A program made the position numbers and the translations under genes. A stretch of DNA of 64,000 nt from Eledone cirrhosa. Taxonomy: Eukaryota. This document shows, piece by piece, positions 45,816 to 58,355 of this stretch. Where the stretch lies: NCBI GenBank assembly GCA_964016885.1, contig OZ024743.1, forward strand, positions 376,278,001 to 376,342,000. The letters run 5' to 3'. A model generated the notes under the pieces. That model saw only the letters and a list, made by a program, of their open reading frames with translations, made no database searches and was not told the DNA's origin. Position 1 is the first letter of the stretch, and each line of letters starts with the position of its first letter.

Positions 45816-47891
45816 TTACCGTACTTTTGGTAGAGGAGGGATGGTTTTTACATCCCTTTTCACTTGATCGTCTGGTGAAGGGACCGTTGAATCGTCCCTT
45901 CGGCTGGTCGTCGGCTCTTCTAAGAGAATGTCTGAGTATACTCTTCGATTGATGGTTCCTCCTAGGTCCCTGAAATCACCAACTGCGTTGGGGAATTTCG
46001 TTTTAATATTTGTGTATTGTTTCTGTGCTATTTTTAGCAGTCTTATGTTAGTTGGCGTTTTGATTGGTGCTGGTATTATGTAGTCCTGTTGTGAAATGTC
46101 TGTGTGTTCAATTATGTAAGTCATTAGTTTCTTGTTGTGTGTATTTATTGCCGTGCATTTGTTTTTCTGGGGGTGGGGTGTGGTTCTGCTATTTTCTTGT
46201 CGTTGTTGCTGGGTGTGTGTGTTTTGTTGTTGTGTTTGCGATGTTGGTGCTTGTGGTGGTGGTGTTGAAGGTGTTGTTGGCGGTGGGGTTGTCGCCGGTG
46301 GTGATGGTGGCGCTAGTGTGGGTGGTGATGGTGTTGGTGTTGTTGCTGCTGTGGGTCTCTTTGCAGTAGACTTTACCCTTTTCTAATTTCTTTCCTCCCT
46401 TTTCAAAGGCGACGATGCGCTGCTTCTGCGTTTGTGCCTTCTTACGACCTTTTGCCATCTCTCTCCCACCTCACACTCCATGTCTGATTCTGTGAGGTCG
46501 GGGAGGGGTACCAACTCCACTCTTTCACTTGTTGTTGTTGGTGATGTTTGCACTGGAGTCTCTGTTGCAGCTGCATTTGGTATTGCTGTTGTTGTTGTTA
46601 GTATTTCCACTGCTGCTGCTGTTTTTGATTTCCGTGGAGTGGGTATGGGTGCCACGGGCCTATCGTTCCTGGTTGCCGCTTGTCCTGTTGCTGGTAGCCG
46701 TGGAGCCGGATTCGGAAGGAGGGGGGTTTTCTCCTTTCTCAGGGTCTTCTCGTTGCAGAAGGCCCTGAGGTGAGTCTTCGATCCACAGCGAAAGCATTTC
46801 GGGCGTTTGCCCTCAATACTTATGGGCAGTTGAGTGCCGTTATCGAAGTCTATCACATTCGGGATAGCTTCGATGCACTCCTTGTTGGTTTGGATTAGCA
46901 TCTCAATGGAGGTGCCGACCCAATCTTCTCTTACTTTTTTCTGTACTTGCAGTACAGTTGTTTTGTCCTCGATTCCGACGATGACAGACGCGGCCAGCCA
47001 AGAAGGAGCCATTCCGGGGGGGACGTGGGTCAGTTTGACCCTCACAATTTTTTGCCCGCAGTAGGAGGGCACCAACACCATTTCCTCGCTCCTTAGGGTC
47101 ACTACTGATTGGGCCTTTGCCTCCTGGGGTGTGGCAAAAAGTACGTCTACGGTGGCATATTTTTTGCCTCGGGTGATGTGCGTTTTCCGCTGCCACACAG
47201 ACCCCAAGGCTTTTTGTATCTGAGCCTCTGTGGCTCTTTCCACCCTACGGGATTTTGTACTTACTGTACGGTACGTGACCGTACAGTGCTCTTGGGTTTC
47301 GAAAAAATTTTTCGCTGCCTTGCAGATTGCTCGGTGTCCGTTCTTTGTCACCATCTTCTTCGCTTCCTCTAATTCCTCATTTGTTATGAGGATTGTTTCC
47401 AAGTTTTTCGCAATGCCTGCAAATGAGATTGGTTTTTCTTTGCTGCTATTGTTGTTGTTGTCGTCAGAGCTGCTGGTACTTTTGTTGTTGCTGCAGGTAC
47501 TACGACTACTGCCTCCGCCGCTGTTGCTGTGGTTGTTGTTGGTGTTGCTGCTGCTAATGCTGTTGTTGTTTATGCTGCTGGTGATGCTGTTGCGGCTGCT
47601 ACTGTTGTTTTCATTGTCACTGTTGCTGTTGTTATTACGGCTGCTACTGCTATTATTCCTGACGTCAGACGAATGAACTGGGTTTTCGTATTTCCCGCAC
47701 ACCTGTTTCGTCGCTGTCGTCGTCGTCGTGGAGAAACCTTGCACGCTTTGCACGAGACTTTTCTTTTCTTTCGTCACTTGCGAAAGAGAAGGGAGGGAGA
47801 GAGACAATCTTCTCTCTGCTGTAGTGATGATTGAGGAAGAAGAAGACGGAATGAGTGGGAGTGACGTATGAAATTTCTTTTTCGTAGCCAT
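45816..47891 (-). pseudogene. TxA A4 ORF1 with premature TAG at 46383-46385 and a short in-frame N-terminal deletion
   Basis: 502-aa and 102-aa pieces of the 697-aa ORF1. Confidence 0.88.
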
Positions 47892-48279
47892 GTTGTTTTT
47901 TGTTTAAAATGAATATTGGGTACAAAACCCCAATAACTGGTTATTTAACCCCGAAGGGCCAAATAACGGACAGAAAGACCTCTCTCACGAGGAGGAGGGT
48001 GTCTTTATCAACAATTTGGTTCAAGTTTTAAACAATTTACAATTGTTTTAACGGTTAAAAATTACTATACGTTACGGAGCCGAGCCTCCGTCAACCATGG
48101 CATTCAATAATAATAATAATAATAATAATAATAAGAAGAAGAAGAAGAATTGATATTGTCCAACACTTGCTTTTGTTGTTGCTTTTTTAGCTGATATTGT
48201 TGTAATTGTAGTTTCTGTTACTGACGCTGTTGCTGCTCTTGGTGTTGTAATTTTTGTAGTTGCTGTTGTTGTTGTTATT

Positions 48280-48597
48280 GTGGATTAGCAGTATCGGTAG
48301 AGAGTCGGATACCATACTTTGACGCATAGAGTTACTGCCTTGCCATTTTGAGTTCAAATCTCGCCGAGGTTAACTTTGCCTTTCATCCTTACGGGGTCGA
48401 TAAAATAAAGTACCAGTAATGCACTGGGTATTGCTGTCCTTATGCCAAAAGTAGAAACAATTATTATTATTATGTCGATTAAACCAGAGTGCGTCAAAGT
48501 ACCAGTAAGACACTGAGGTCGATTTAATCGACTTTCCCCTCCCTCTCAAAAAAAAAAAAAAAAAATTACTGGCCTTGTGCCTAAAAGTAGAAACAAA
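48280..48597 (+). mobile_element. tRNA-derived SINE with Nin/Deu-like core and a duplicated 3' part
   Basis: B-box-like GAGTTCAAATC, core GCCTTTCATCCTTACGGGGTCGATAAAATAAAGTACC, tail AGAAACA(ATT)n; second copy at 52798-53012. Confidence 0.7.
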
Positions 48598-48661
<64 letters not shown>

Positions 48662-48662
48662 A
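48597..48662. repeat. (GTT)n microsatellite
   Basis: Read directly. Confidence 0.95.
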
Positions 48663-48954
48663 TTGAATTGAAATACTAACAATAAAGAAAACAACAACAT
48701 GAGCTAGAAGAATGTAATTTAAACCTCTATATTTGTGAACAAAATGTCTACCGTGTAAATTAGCTCTTTACTTACCGTTGATATACATTATAAATCAGTT
48801 TACTGAGTCACATACCCAATAAATATTTGACAGCGTACACTATAAAATAGGCCTTGATATATGGAATGGTACCTAATATAACTGTGTGACAGCGTAAGAT
48901 TGGCATCTAATACTTTCTCCTACTGATACACAATTTCACTGAAGGTGTTTTGTA

Positions 48955-49400
48955 AAGAGGCGGTGCCAGGTGGTGGATGTGGCTCTGTAGAGGCGGTGTT
49001 GGCTCTGTGGTGGTGGTGGCAACTCTTTCGATGGCTCTGTGGTGGTGGGGATGGTAGTAATATCGTCTGCTGTGTGGTGGCGGCGCCTGTGGTGGTAGTA
49101 GTTGATCCTTAGAGGTGATAGCTTTTTGATGGTGGTGGTGGTGGTGGTGGTGGTGGTGGTGGTGGTGGGGTGGGTGGGGGTGGTGGGGTGTGTGTGGGGG
49201 GGGGGGGTTCTGTGGTCATTGTGGTTCTGTGGCAGTGGTGGTGGTAGCTATATGGTGAATGTGGAAGTGGTAGTAGTGTGTTGGTGATTCTTTTGGTAGT
49301 TTTGTGGTGCAGCTGTAGTGGTGATGGTGTTGCTAGTTGTAGTGGTGGTAGTTGTAGTGCTGATGGGTCTATGGAGGTGGTGGTGGTGATAGCCTTGGCG
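48955..49400. repeat. Degenerate (GGT)n, G-rich low-complexity tract
   Basis: Read directly. Confidence 0.85.
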
Positions 49401-49640
49401 GTCATTGGGATGGTTGCGATGGAGTGGAAATCTTGAAAATATACTTTACTTTTTTTCATTTCGCCTTCAAGAACAGTGGGATTACAATATATACACCCTT
49501 CCACCACTTGTTTATCTTCATGTTTATTTTTATTTTTATTTGTACCCCTTCCACCGATTTTCCTCCCTCACCCCCCTTTTTTTTCTAAATGTTTCTCCAC
49601 CACTCGCCCCACACACCTTCGGAACTCTCTTCCCACCCAC

Positions 49641-49680
49641 TTTTCTCCTGAAGAAAGGCTTATGCCCGAAACGTCGTTCC
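49641..49680 (+). ncRNA. Minimal hammerhead-ribozyme-like motif (Penelope pLTR type), probably degenerate
   Basis: CTGAAGA-aaGGC-ttat-GCCc-GAAA-CGTC: both core boxes, stem II, palindromic ACGT stem III; stem I weak. Confidence 0.5.
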
Positions 49681-49763
49681 CCACCCTCCACCCTCAAGAG
49701 CGTGAAACTAATAAACCTTTGTTTGTACTGCCTCTCTGTTTTGTTCCCGTTCCATTTTTCACT

Positions 49764-49885
<122 letters not shown>

Positions 49886-50075
49886 CTCACAGTTTTGGAC
49901 TTTATGGTTATTAATATTATTCTTAATAACAGATAACAGAAGAGAAACAGAGCTGTAAGAAATATAACGAAAGATTGAATATATGTATGTATGTATCTAT
50001 ATATGTATGTATATATGCATGTATGTGTGCATGTGTGGATGACTCTGCGCGTATGTATACATGTATTTATATATG

Positions 50076-50128
<53 letters not shown>

Positions 50129-50132
<4 letters not shown>

Positions 50133-50247
50133 AAGTATGACCCCGACAGCAGAGCTCAAGCCGTTTCGACGGCTATTTCTGGACTTTTTTAGTCCAGAAA
50201 TAGCCGTCGAAACGGCTTGAGCTCTGCCATCGGGGTCATACTTTTTC
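50129..50247. repeat. Inverted repeat with 57-bp arms and a 5-nt loop, adjoining (TA)n
   Basis: 50129-50185 is the reverse complement of 50191-50247 with 2 mismatches. Confidence 0.93.
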
Positions 50248-50327
50248 CTATTTCCCACTCTACTACCCTAAGTATTCAGTACTCTGGTGCGTTATGGTCC
50301 ATCTGGTTCCTTACCACAATTCCTTTG

Positions 50328-50388
<61 letters not shown>

Positions 50389-50736
50389 ACTCTCTCTATA
50401 TCTCTCTCTATATATATACATATACACTTATCTATGTATGTATCTATATATCGATATGTATGCGTGTGTACATTAATCTATGAAGAAGTAGTTGTTCTGT
50501 AGCTAAAAACACATTCAGTGGTGTCTACAAGGCATATTTCCCGACCTAGCCAGAAAAGACAGAGACATCCGTTAGCTGGAGGCTATTATTACGCTATAAA
50601 AATAATATACAAAACCTACTTGTTACTGTAGACAAATGAAGTGTTGACTGTGATACGTCGATTTAGGACTGATTAACTTATAACTTGGAGAAAAGACTAA
50701 ACTTTCAATAGCTTTTCTTCTAGATCTAACTCCTTC

Positions 50737-50808
<72 letters not shown>

Positions 50809-50872
50809 ATATGTATATGTGTATATGTATAGGTATATGTATGTATATATGTCTATATAAATATATATACGA

Positions 50873-50929
<57 letters not shown>

Positions 50930-51013
50930 TATGTATATATATATATATGTATATATATATATGCATATATATATATATATATAAATATATATATATCAAA
51001 GTTTTATTTTATA

Positions 51014-51055
<42 letters not shown>

Positions 51056-51809
51056 TCACAAAAAGCCATATTTGATATACTTGCATTCCAGTTAGTGTGA
51101 AGTATTACGCGGCCCATTAAGATTTCATACAGAGCTAACTTTCTTAAGAAAGGGATAAATTGAAAAAAAAAAAAAATCCAACAAACAATAAATAAAATAA
51201 AAAGAGATATGTTTTCTTTTTACATATTATTATTATCATTAATATAATAACTAATAAAAAAATATTATGATATATTTATTTAGATTATAATAGTACTTTT
51301 AAACGTTGTTTTTGAACGGTTCGAGGTGTCACTTGGGAAACACAAAAAGTGTTGGTGTTGTAGTAATGGAGATTAGTATGAAATATAGACTTAAAGATAA
51401 TCTAATTGATGTTGAAGTAATATTCATGACACAATATTAATACTTAGAAAAGAACGAAAAAAAAAAACCCCAAAGGAAAATATTTTGCTAACGTTCTTTT
51501 ATACTATGCAGCTTCAGGCTAGAATATTTTTGTCGTTCAATATTCTCTCAGTAATGAGGCGATATTGAAATACAGGAACAAAAAATATAATGTAATGTGG
51601 AATAAATAATATTACCAGTTTTGGTTTTATTTTATTTGTTATTTGTTATTCTTACATTGTTTGTTTTTGTTTGCTTTTGCTTTTTGTGTTGTGTTCCGTC
51701 CCAAACTATATTTGCTTTGTTCACAATTAGAATATATAACCGTTTCATTTATTTCTGTTATAAGGGAGATAATTTGTGAGGTGGTCTCGAATAACAACCA
51801 CCTTCTCAT

Positions 51810-52650
51810 ATAAACATTGTGGATATCACCAAACTAGATATACCCACATTGTGGATATCGCCACATTAAAAATACCCACATTGTAGATATCATGAACCAA
51901 CATATACCCACATTGTGGATATCACCAAACAACATATACCAATATTGATATCACTAAACTGCACTTACCGATATTGATATCAACACAATGACTGACCTCA
52001 TGGATATCACCAAAGTACATATACCAACAAAGATATCACTAAATTACATATAACATCATTGATATCAACAAAACACATACACCGGCTCTGATATCACTAA
52101 AGTACATATAGTTACATTGATATTACCATCATATCGACATTGATATTGATATAGACATAGAGATATTCACAACGATATAAATGAAGATAAGTTAATATCG
52201 AAATAAACAGTGAAATTGATATCGATATAAATATGGCGGAATTGATAACAAATTAAGATCCCGCAATTGATATCAATATAAACATAGTGAGGTTGATATC
52301 AATATATAAACACGGGGATATTGATATCGATAAAGACATAGTGAGGTTGAATCAATATAAACATAAGGAAGTTGATATCGATATAAACATAGGGAAGTTG
52401 TTATCAATATATAAATATGGGGATATTGATATCGATAAAGACAGTGAGTTTGATATCGATATAAACATGAAGATATTGATATCTATAAAGAGTCAGTGAG
52501 TTTGGTATGGATATAAGCATAGGGAAGTTGATAAATACATAAACATGAGGATATTGATATCGATAAAGAGTGAGTGAGTTTGGTATCGATATAAGCATAA
52601 GGGAGTTGGTACTGATATATGCATAGAGAAATTGATATCGACATAAACAA
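51810..52650. repeat. Degenerate tandem repeat, ~22-33-bp units with GATATC core
   Basis: Recurrent CATTGTGGATATCACCAAA, then ATTGATATCGATATAAACAT. Confidence 0.8.
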
Positions 52651-52797
52651 ATATCACAAAGAAAGCAACAGAAATATTTCATGTATATTTATTTATGTGA
52701 TGTTATGGATTATATATGGAAGTCAAACAGAATAGATTATCTGCTTAGCTGCTCCGTTATATTTATGTATGTCTACATCTAGGATATTTTATTATTT

Positions 52798-53012
52798 TGT
52801 GGATTGGCAGTATCGGTAGAGGGTCGGACGCCATACTTTGTAGCATAGAGTTACGGCCCTTTATGATCTGAGTTCAAATCCCGCCGAGGTTAACTTTGCC
52901 TTTCATCTTTATGGGGTCGATAAAATAAAGTACCAGTCACGCACTAAGGTCGATTTAATCGACATTTCCCCCCAAAATATTACTGGCCTTGTGCCTATAT
53001 AAGAAACCATTA
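52798..53012 (+). mobile_element. tRNA-derived SINE, same family as 48280
   Basis: Aligns by eye with 48280-48597. Confidence 0.72.
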
Positions 53013-53183
53013 TTTGGTGGGTCTTTTAATGGTGTCAGTCATTATGATGTGGCCGTGCTGGGGCACCACTTTGAAGGGTTTTTAGACAATCATATCGCCC
53101 GCGGTACTCATTTTCACAAGGTTACGTAACATAAACAAACTAAGCATGGACTCACACGTAGGCTCAATTGTATACACGCACAC

Positions 53184-53216
<33 letters not shown>

Positions 53217-53304
53217 CGTCCCTAACATCTACGTCCCTACCCCGACAGGAACCACCACCCTACCAAACAACCCCTCCAACACCCCCATGGACATTGTGCA
53301 GCCT

Positions 53305-53718
53305 GGTCCAAGAGGACGAACTGACCAGTCTGTTAGCACGGACGCCCAGGCAGAGATCCTGCCAAAAGGACCTGTCCAAGATGCGAGCAGGACATTGAAA
53401 CCATCCTGCACGCGATTGTTCAGAGCCCAAGGGTGACCAACCTGTGGAATTATGTCGAACAGTTACTGTCACGTGTGGGACGCATCCAGTTGTCAGCCGA
53501 GTCCATCGTGAGGATCACCCCGCCGCTTTCAATTAAAAATGAAGGAGAGGCGGTTTTCCTCTGTCTGATGGCTATGGCGAAAGAGGTAATATAGTGGACA
53601 AGGTGAAAAGTACTGAGGGCAAACACATTTCCCCGGACAACAACTCATCTCCTTCTTCAAGTACCACTTCAGAAGGAAGGTGAGAGTGGAGAGAGAGGTG
53701 CTACACCCCAGTAAATTC
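53305..53718 (+). mobile_element. Degenerate Tx1-like ORF2 C-terminal fragment, fourth subfamily
   Basis: Encodes EDELTSLLART, CPRCEQDIETILHAIVQ and LWNYVEQLLSRVGRIQLSAESIV; ends at (CA)n. Confidence 0.82.
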
Positions 53719-53753
53719 ACACACACACACACATACGCACACACACACACACA

Positions 53754-53875
<122 letters not shown>

Positions 53876-53964
53876 ATAGAATGTGTGTTTAAAAAACTGT
53901 AGTACTTAAAACGAGCACTCAATACCGGTAGGAAGAGTGTAAACATTTATTTTCCAAACAGAAA

Positions 53965-54105
53965 AGTGCGATGGGCTTCCGCTAAATTTCTGTCAACCGA
54001 ACTTCCCTCAAATGGCATTAGTTTTGCCCGGGAAGCCAGGCTGTGGGATTGAATTCAAAACCCTTTGGTTGCTAAGCGGATTCTTTAACAACACAATCAT
54101 GCCTG
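53965..54105 (-). mobile_element. Degenerate tRNA-derived SINE head
   Basis: Minus strand has degenerate A-box and B-box-like (GAATTCAATCCC) sequences at tRNA spacing. Confidence 0.45.
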
Positions 54106-54179
54106 TATAATTAGAAAGTGGAAATTGAATGATTACTAATAAGTACAACGGACTGCGATAAGAATGAAAAGAAGACATC

Positions 54180-54325
54180 CATTACTGGTGTGTTACTTAT
54201 TGACACCGAAAGGATGAAAAGCAAAGTTGACTAAGGTGTTATTTGAACTCGCAGCGCAGAAAGCTGAATGAAATAGCGTGAATCATTCAATCCGATGCTC
54301 TAATGATTTTATCAATTCACTGCCG
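54180..54325 (-). mobile_element. Degenerate SINE fragment
   Basis: Minus strand GAGTTCAAAT..CAACTTTGCTTTTCATCCTTTCGGTGTCAATAAG matches the 48280 family core. Confidence 0.6.
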
Positions 54326-54972
54326 GGCGTCTATATACATATTTTCTTCTCATCTCTTTTGTGGTTTATAAAATAAAATACCAATCTAGAATAGCGGATT
54401 AACGGAATTGTTAGCGGCCAAGATGCTAGGCTCTTTATATTTTATGTTCGAATCTCACTGTGGCATAATCGGGTTATAGATTGAATTCGTCGTTCAATTT
54501 AACATCACCACCACCTTGCCTTTGGTTGCTTTTAGCAAAGTCCATTATATTACAAACATTCGATCTTGCTCTTTTTCAGTTTGAGGATACCTTTCTCTCT
54601 TCTCTCAACCATTCGCAGTGGCCCTGAAAAGAGTCTTGATATCACCCTTCCCCTTTGAAAAAGAGATTTTACTGAAAAAAAAAAAAATAATAATAATAAT
54701 AACAACAAAAATACAAAAAATTGTGGTACTTAATTTTAAAAATGACCAGGTAATTTAGCTGCTATAATCTACAAAGGAAGCGATTAGCGATTGCGGGTAG
54801 TTTGCTAATGACAAGAATATGTCGCTGCGGTTGTCAGCGTTGTGGTAGTAGTGGTTGTTGTTGTTGCTGTTGTTGCTGTTGTTGTTGTAGTTGTTTTTGT
54901 TGTAGTAGTCGTTGTTGTTTTCATTGTCATCGTCATTATTGAAGTGGTATTGTCGTCGTGGTCGTTGTTATA

Positions 54973-54978
54973 CTACTG

Positions 54979-55059
<81 letters not shown>

Positions 55060-55085
55060 GTAGTAGTAGTAGTAGTAGTAGTAGT
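54973..55085. repeat. (CTA)n switching to its reverse complement (TAG)n
   Basis: Read directly. Confidence 0.92.
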
Positions 55086-55849
55086 TGTTGTTGTTTAGCT
55101 CCAGGTCAATACACATCGATCAGAATTGTGATCAAAGTCGTTCTAGCTATGAACACCCATATTCTTGCATATATAGCTCCTTATGTTCTGATTTCGAATC
55201 CCGTCGGGGCCAACTTTTCCAGTCATTCTTCAAGGGTCGATAAAAAACACCAATCCATGACGTTGGGCTATCGGTATTATTAGAGAGACGGACGAGATGC
55301 CTTGCGGTATTTGTTCTCACTCTTTACGTTCTGAGTTCAAATGTCCCTATGGCATATCTAAGTGTTAGAATTAATTCGACATCTGATATAACACCACCAC
55401 CAGGTCTTTGGGTGACTTTAACAGAGTCCACTTTGTTAAAAGCAATGGGACCAGGTCTCCGGTTTGAACATACGTAGCTCCCTAGCTCCCTCCCTTCCAC
55501 AAGTCTCGGAGATCCTGAAAAGTGTCATAGACACAACTCATTCTTCCCTGATTAAGTCATAAGGAAATATTTTAAAATGTATTCTTCTTCTTTTAAGACA
55601 ATATGGTGTGAATTTGGCCGCTATTTCTAGCAATTTTAGTGAGCGCACTACGGCCACACTGCTGGTTCGTGAAGCAATAGGTTTTTTTTACATTTGAGGG
55701 AACAATAAAGTTCTCCATCTTGTAACAAAGCTGAATCCACATAAAAACTAACATGAATTAAAACAAAAGAGGAAGGGGGGCATATATTTAAAATCGTTAC
55801 AAGCTCTGTTTGTTTTCGTTCAATCGATATAGCTTTAAATAATATAACC

Positions 55850-56355
<506 letters not shown>

Positions 56356-57595
56356 TTGTGTTGTGCGTGTGTAGCAAATTGAATGTAGGAGAAGGAGTAA
56401 TAGTAGTGGCGAATGAAATGGAGATTATTGCAGCGATAGTGGTGACACCTACGAAGGAGCGGTAAAATGTCAGAAGGATATCATCAAAGGGAAAGCTAGA
56501 ATGCTACGAGAAAAACAACAAAACAAAATGGTCGCAATGTACCGAATTTTACACAAACAAACAGTAAACTATCGATTTATTGTTGTACCTAAACATAGCA
56601 GAAAACAAACCAAAAAAATATAATCTACTCCTGTATGTAATGCATTCAAATTGATACATCATCAAACGAGAAATTTTCATAAAAAATGCAAATTCCACAG
56701 CTATTATATCCGACTCTGAGTCATAGAAAATTCCGAACTGGCCTTTGCTTCCTTAAATAGGATAAATGATAACAACAATTGAACGTAAAAATAAGGAAAA
56801 AAAATAAAAAAGAAAAGGTTTAACGAATACTAACCTATAATTTTTATTCTATACACTGAAATGTTAGAGAACAAAGCGATTGAAAGTCTAAAATCTTGGT
56901 CGAGAGTTTACATTTTAAAAATGAAAATAAAAATAAAATTATGTATTTCTTCAAACGGACTTGCATATTGCAAACAAACAACTGTATCTACTTAAACTTA
57001 CTTTAAGTAACAATAAAACATATTTTAATGATAATGAGGAAAGTGATATATGTAAGAAGGCTAAAACAATGCAAAATGGACGGTAAGATGAGGGAAAGAA
57101 AAGATTATCAGGTAACTAACTTTTTCGTAACGTTCATCTTACTGTCTATTTTGCAGTGTTTTGGCCTTCTTACATATATCACTCCCCACATTATATATTA
57201 TATAATGTTTGTTGCTTCAAGCAAACTATAACATTTTATTATATTTTAATCAAATGTTTCTTCAGTCTTGTAACTATTGTAAAACTCGCATGAGAAATAA
57301 TTGACTCCACGATGAGAATCATGTTATAACCGCCTTAAAACAGCCCCTACTACCATTATATTAGATATTTAATTAAAACTGCATTGATATCCGACACAGA
57401 AGAATACTGAACTGGGCTTTTTCTTAGAGTATAATCTGGAACGGACGTGTAGTGCCTATGAACCTTTCCAGGGGTCCTGGGATTGATAGGAGGGAAGGAA
57501 GATGAAATCCATAATCCGGAACTGGAACAAATGCTTGCAGCAACCTAGACACCACTAAAGGAACGCAAGGGACAAGTGGTGATGTTAAATCGAGT

Positions 57596-57991
57596 AACAG
57601 ATTAAGTCTAGCGATACAAACAGATTAAGTCTAGCGATACAAACAGATTAAGTCTAGCGATACTAACAGATTAAGTCTAGCGATACTAACAGATTAAGTC
57701 TAGCGATACAAACAGATTAAGTCTAGCGATACTAACAGATTAAGTCTAGCGATACTAACAGATTAAGTCTAGCGATACAAACAGATTAAGTCTAGCGATA
57801 CTAACAGATTAAGTCTAGCGATACTAACAGATTAAGTCTAGCGATACAAACAGATTAAGTCTAGCGATACTAACAGATTAAGTCTAGCGATACAAACAGA
57901 TTAAGTCTAGCGATACTAACAGATTAAGTCTAGCGATACAAACAGATTAAGTCTAGCGATACTAACAGATTAAGTCTAGCGATACAAACAG
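57596..57991. repeat. Minisatellite, 17 x 23 bp AACAGATTAAGTCTAGCGATAC(A/T)
   Basis: Contiguous units differing only at the last base; no spacers. Confidence 0.97.
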
Positions 57992-58155
57992 GACACAAAA
58001 CTAAGAACCCAAAGAGCCGGAAGAGATACTACTGGGTGCCTCGTCCGACATTCTAAAAAGTTCGTCATTCAATTGTTCTGGATATCGATCTGTTTTATCG
58101 ATCTCAAAAGGATTTAAAAGCAAAGCTGACCCTGTTAGTATTTGAACTTGGGGCG

Positions 58156-58355
<200 letters not shown>

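Larger units (their letters stand above)
42099..48105 (-). mobile_element. TxA copy A4, full length; ORF2 intact, ORF1 with nonsense codon
   Basis: Colinear with A2; forms the right boundary of the array. Confidence 0.95.

Noticed and set aside
1-48105. Drosophila-style telomeric retrotransposon array
   Set aside because: No chromosome end or telomeric repeat is visible, both orientations occur, and elements are separated by target microsatellite; cannot be supported from this window
57596-57991. CRISPR array
   Set aside because: Units are contiguous with no unique spacers; no cas genes; eukaryotic context
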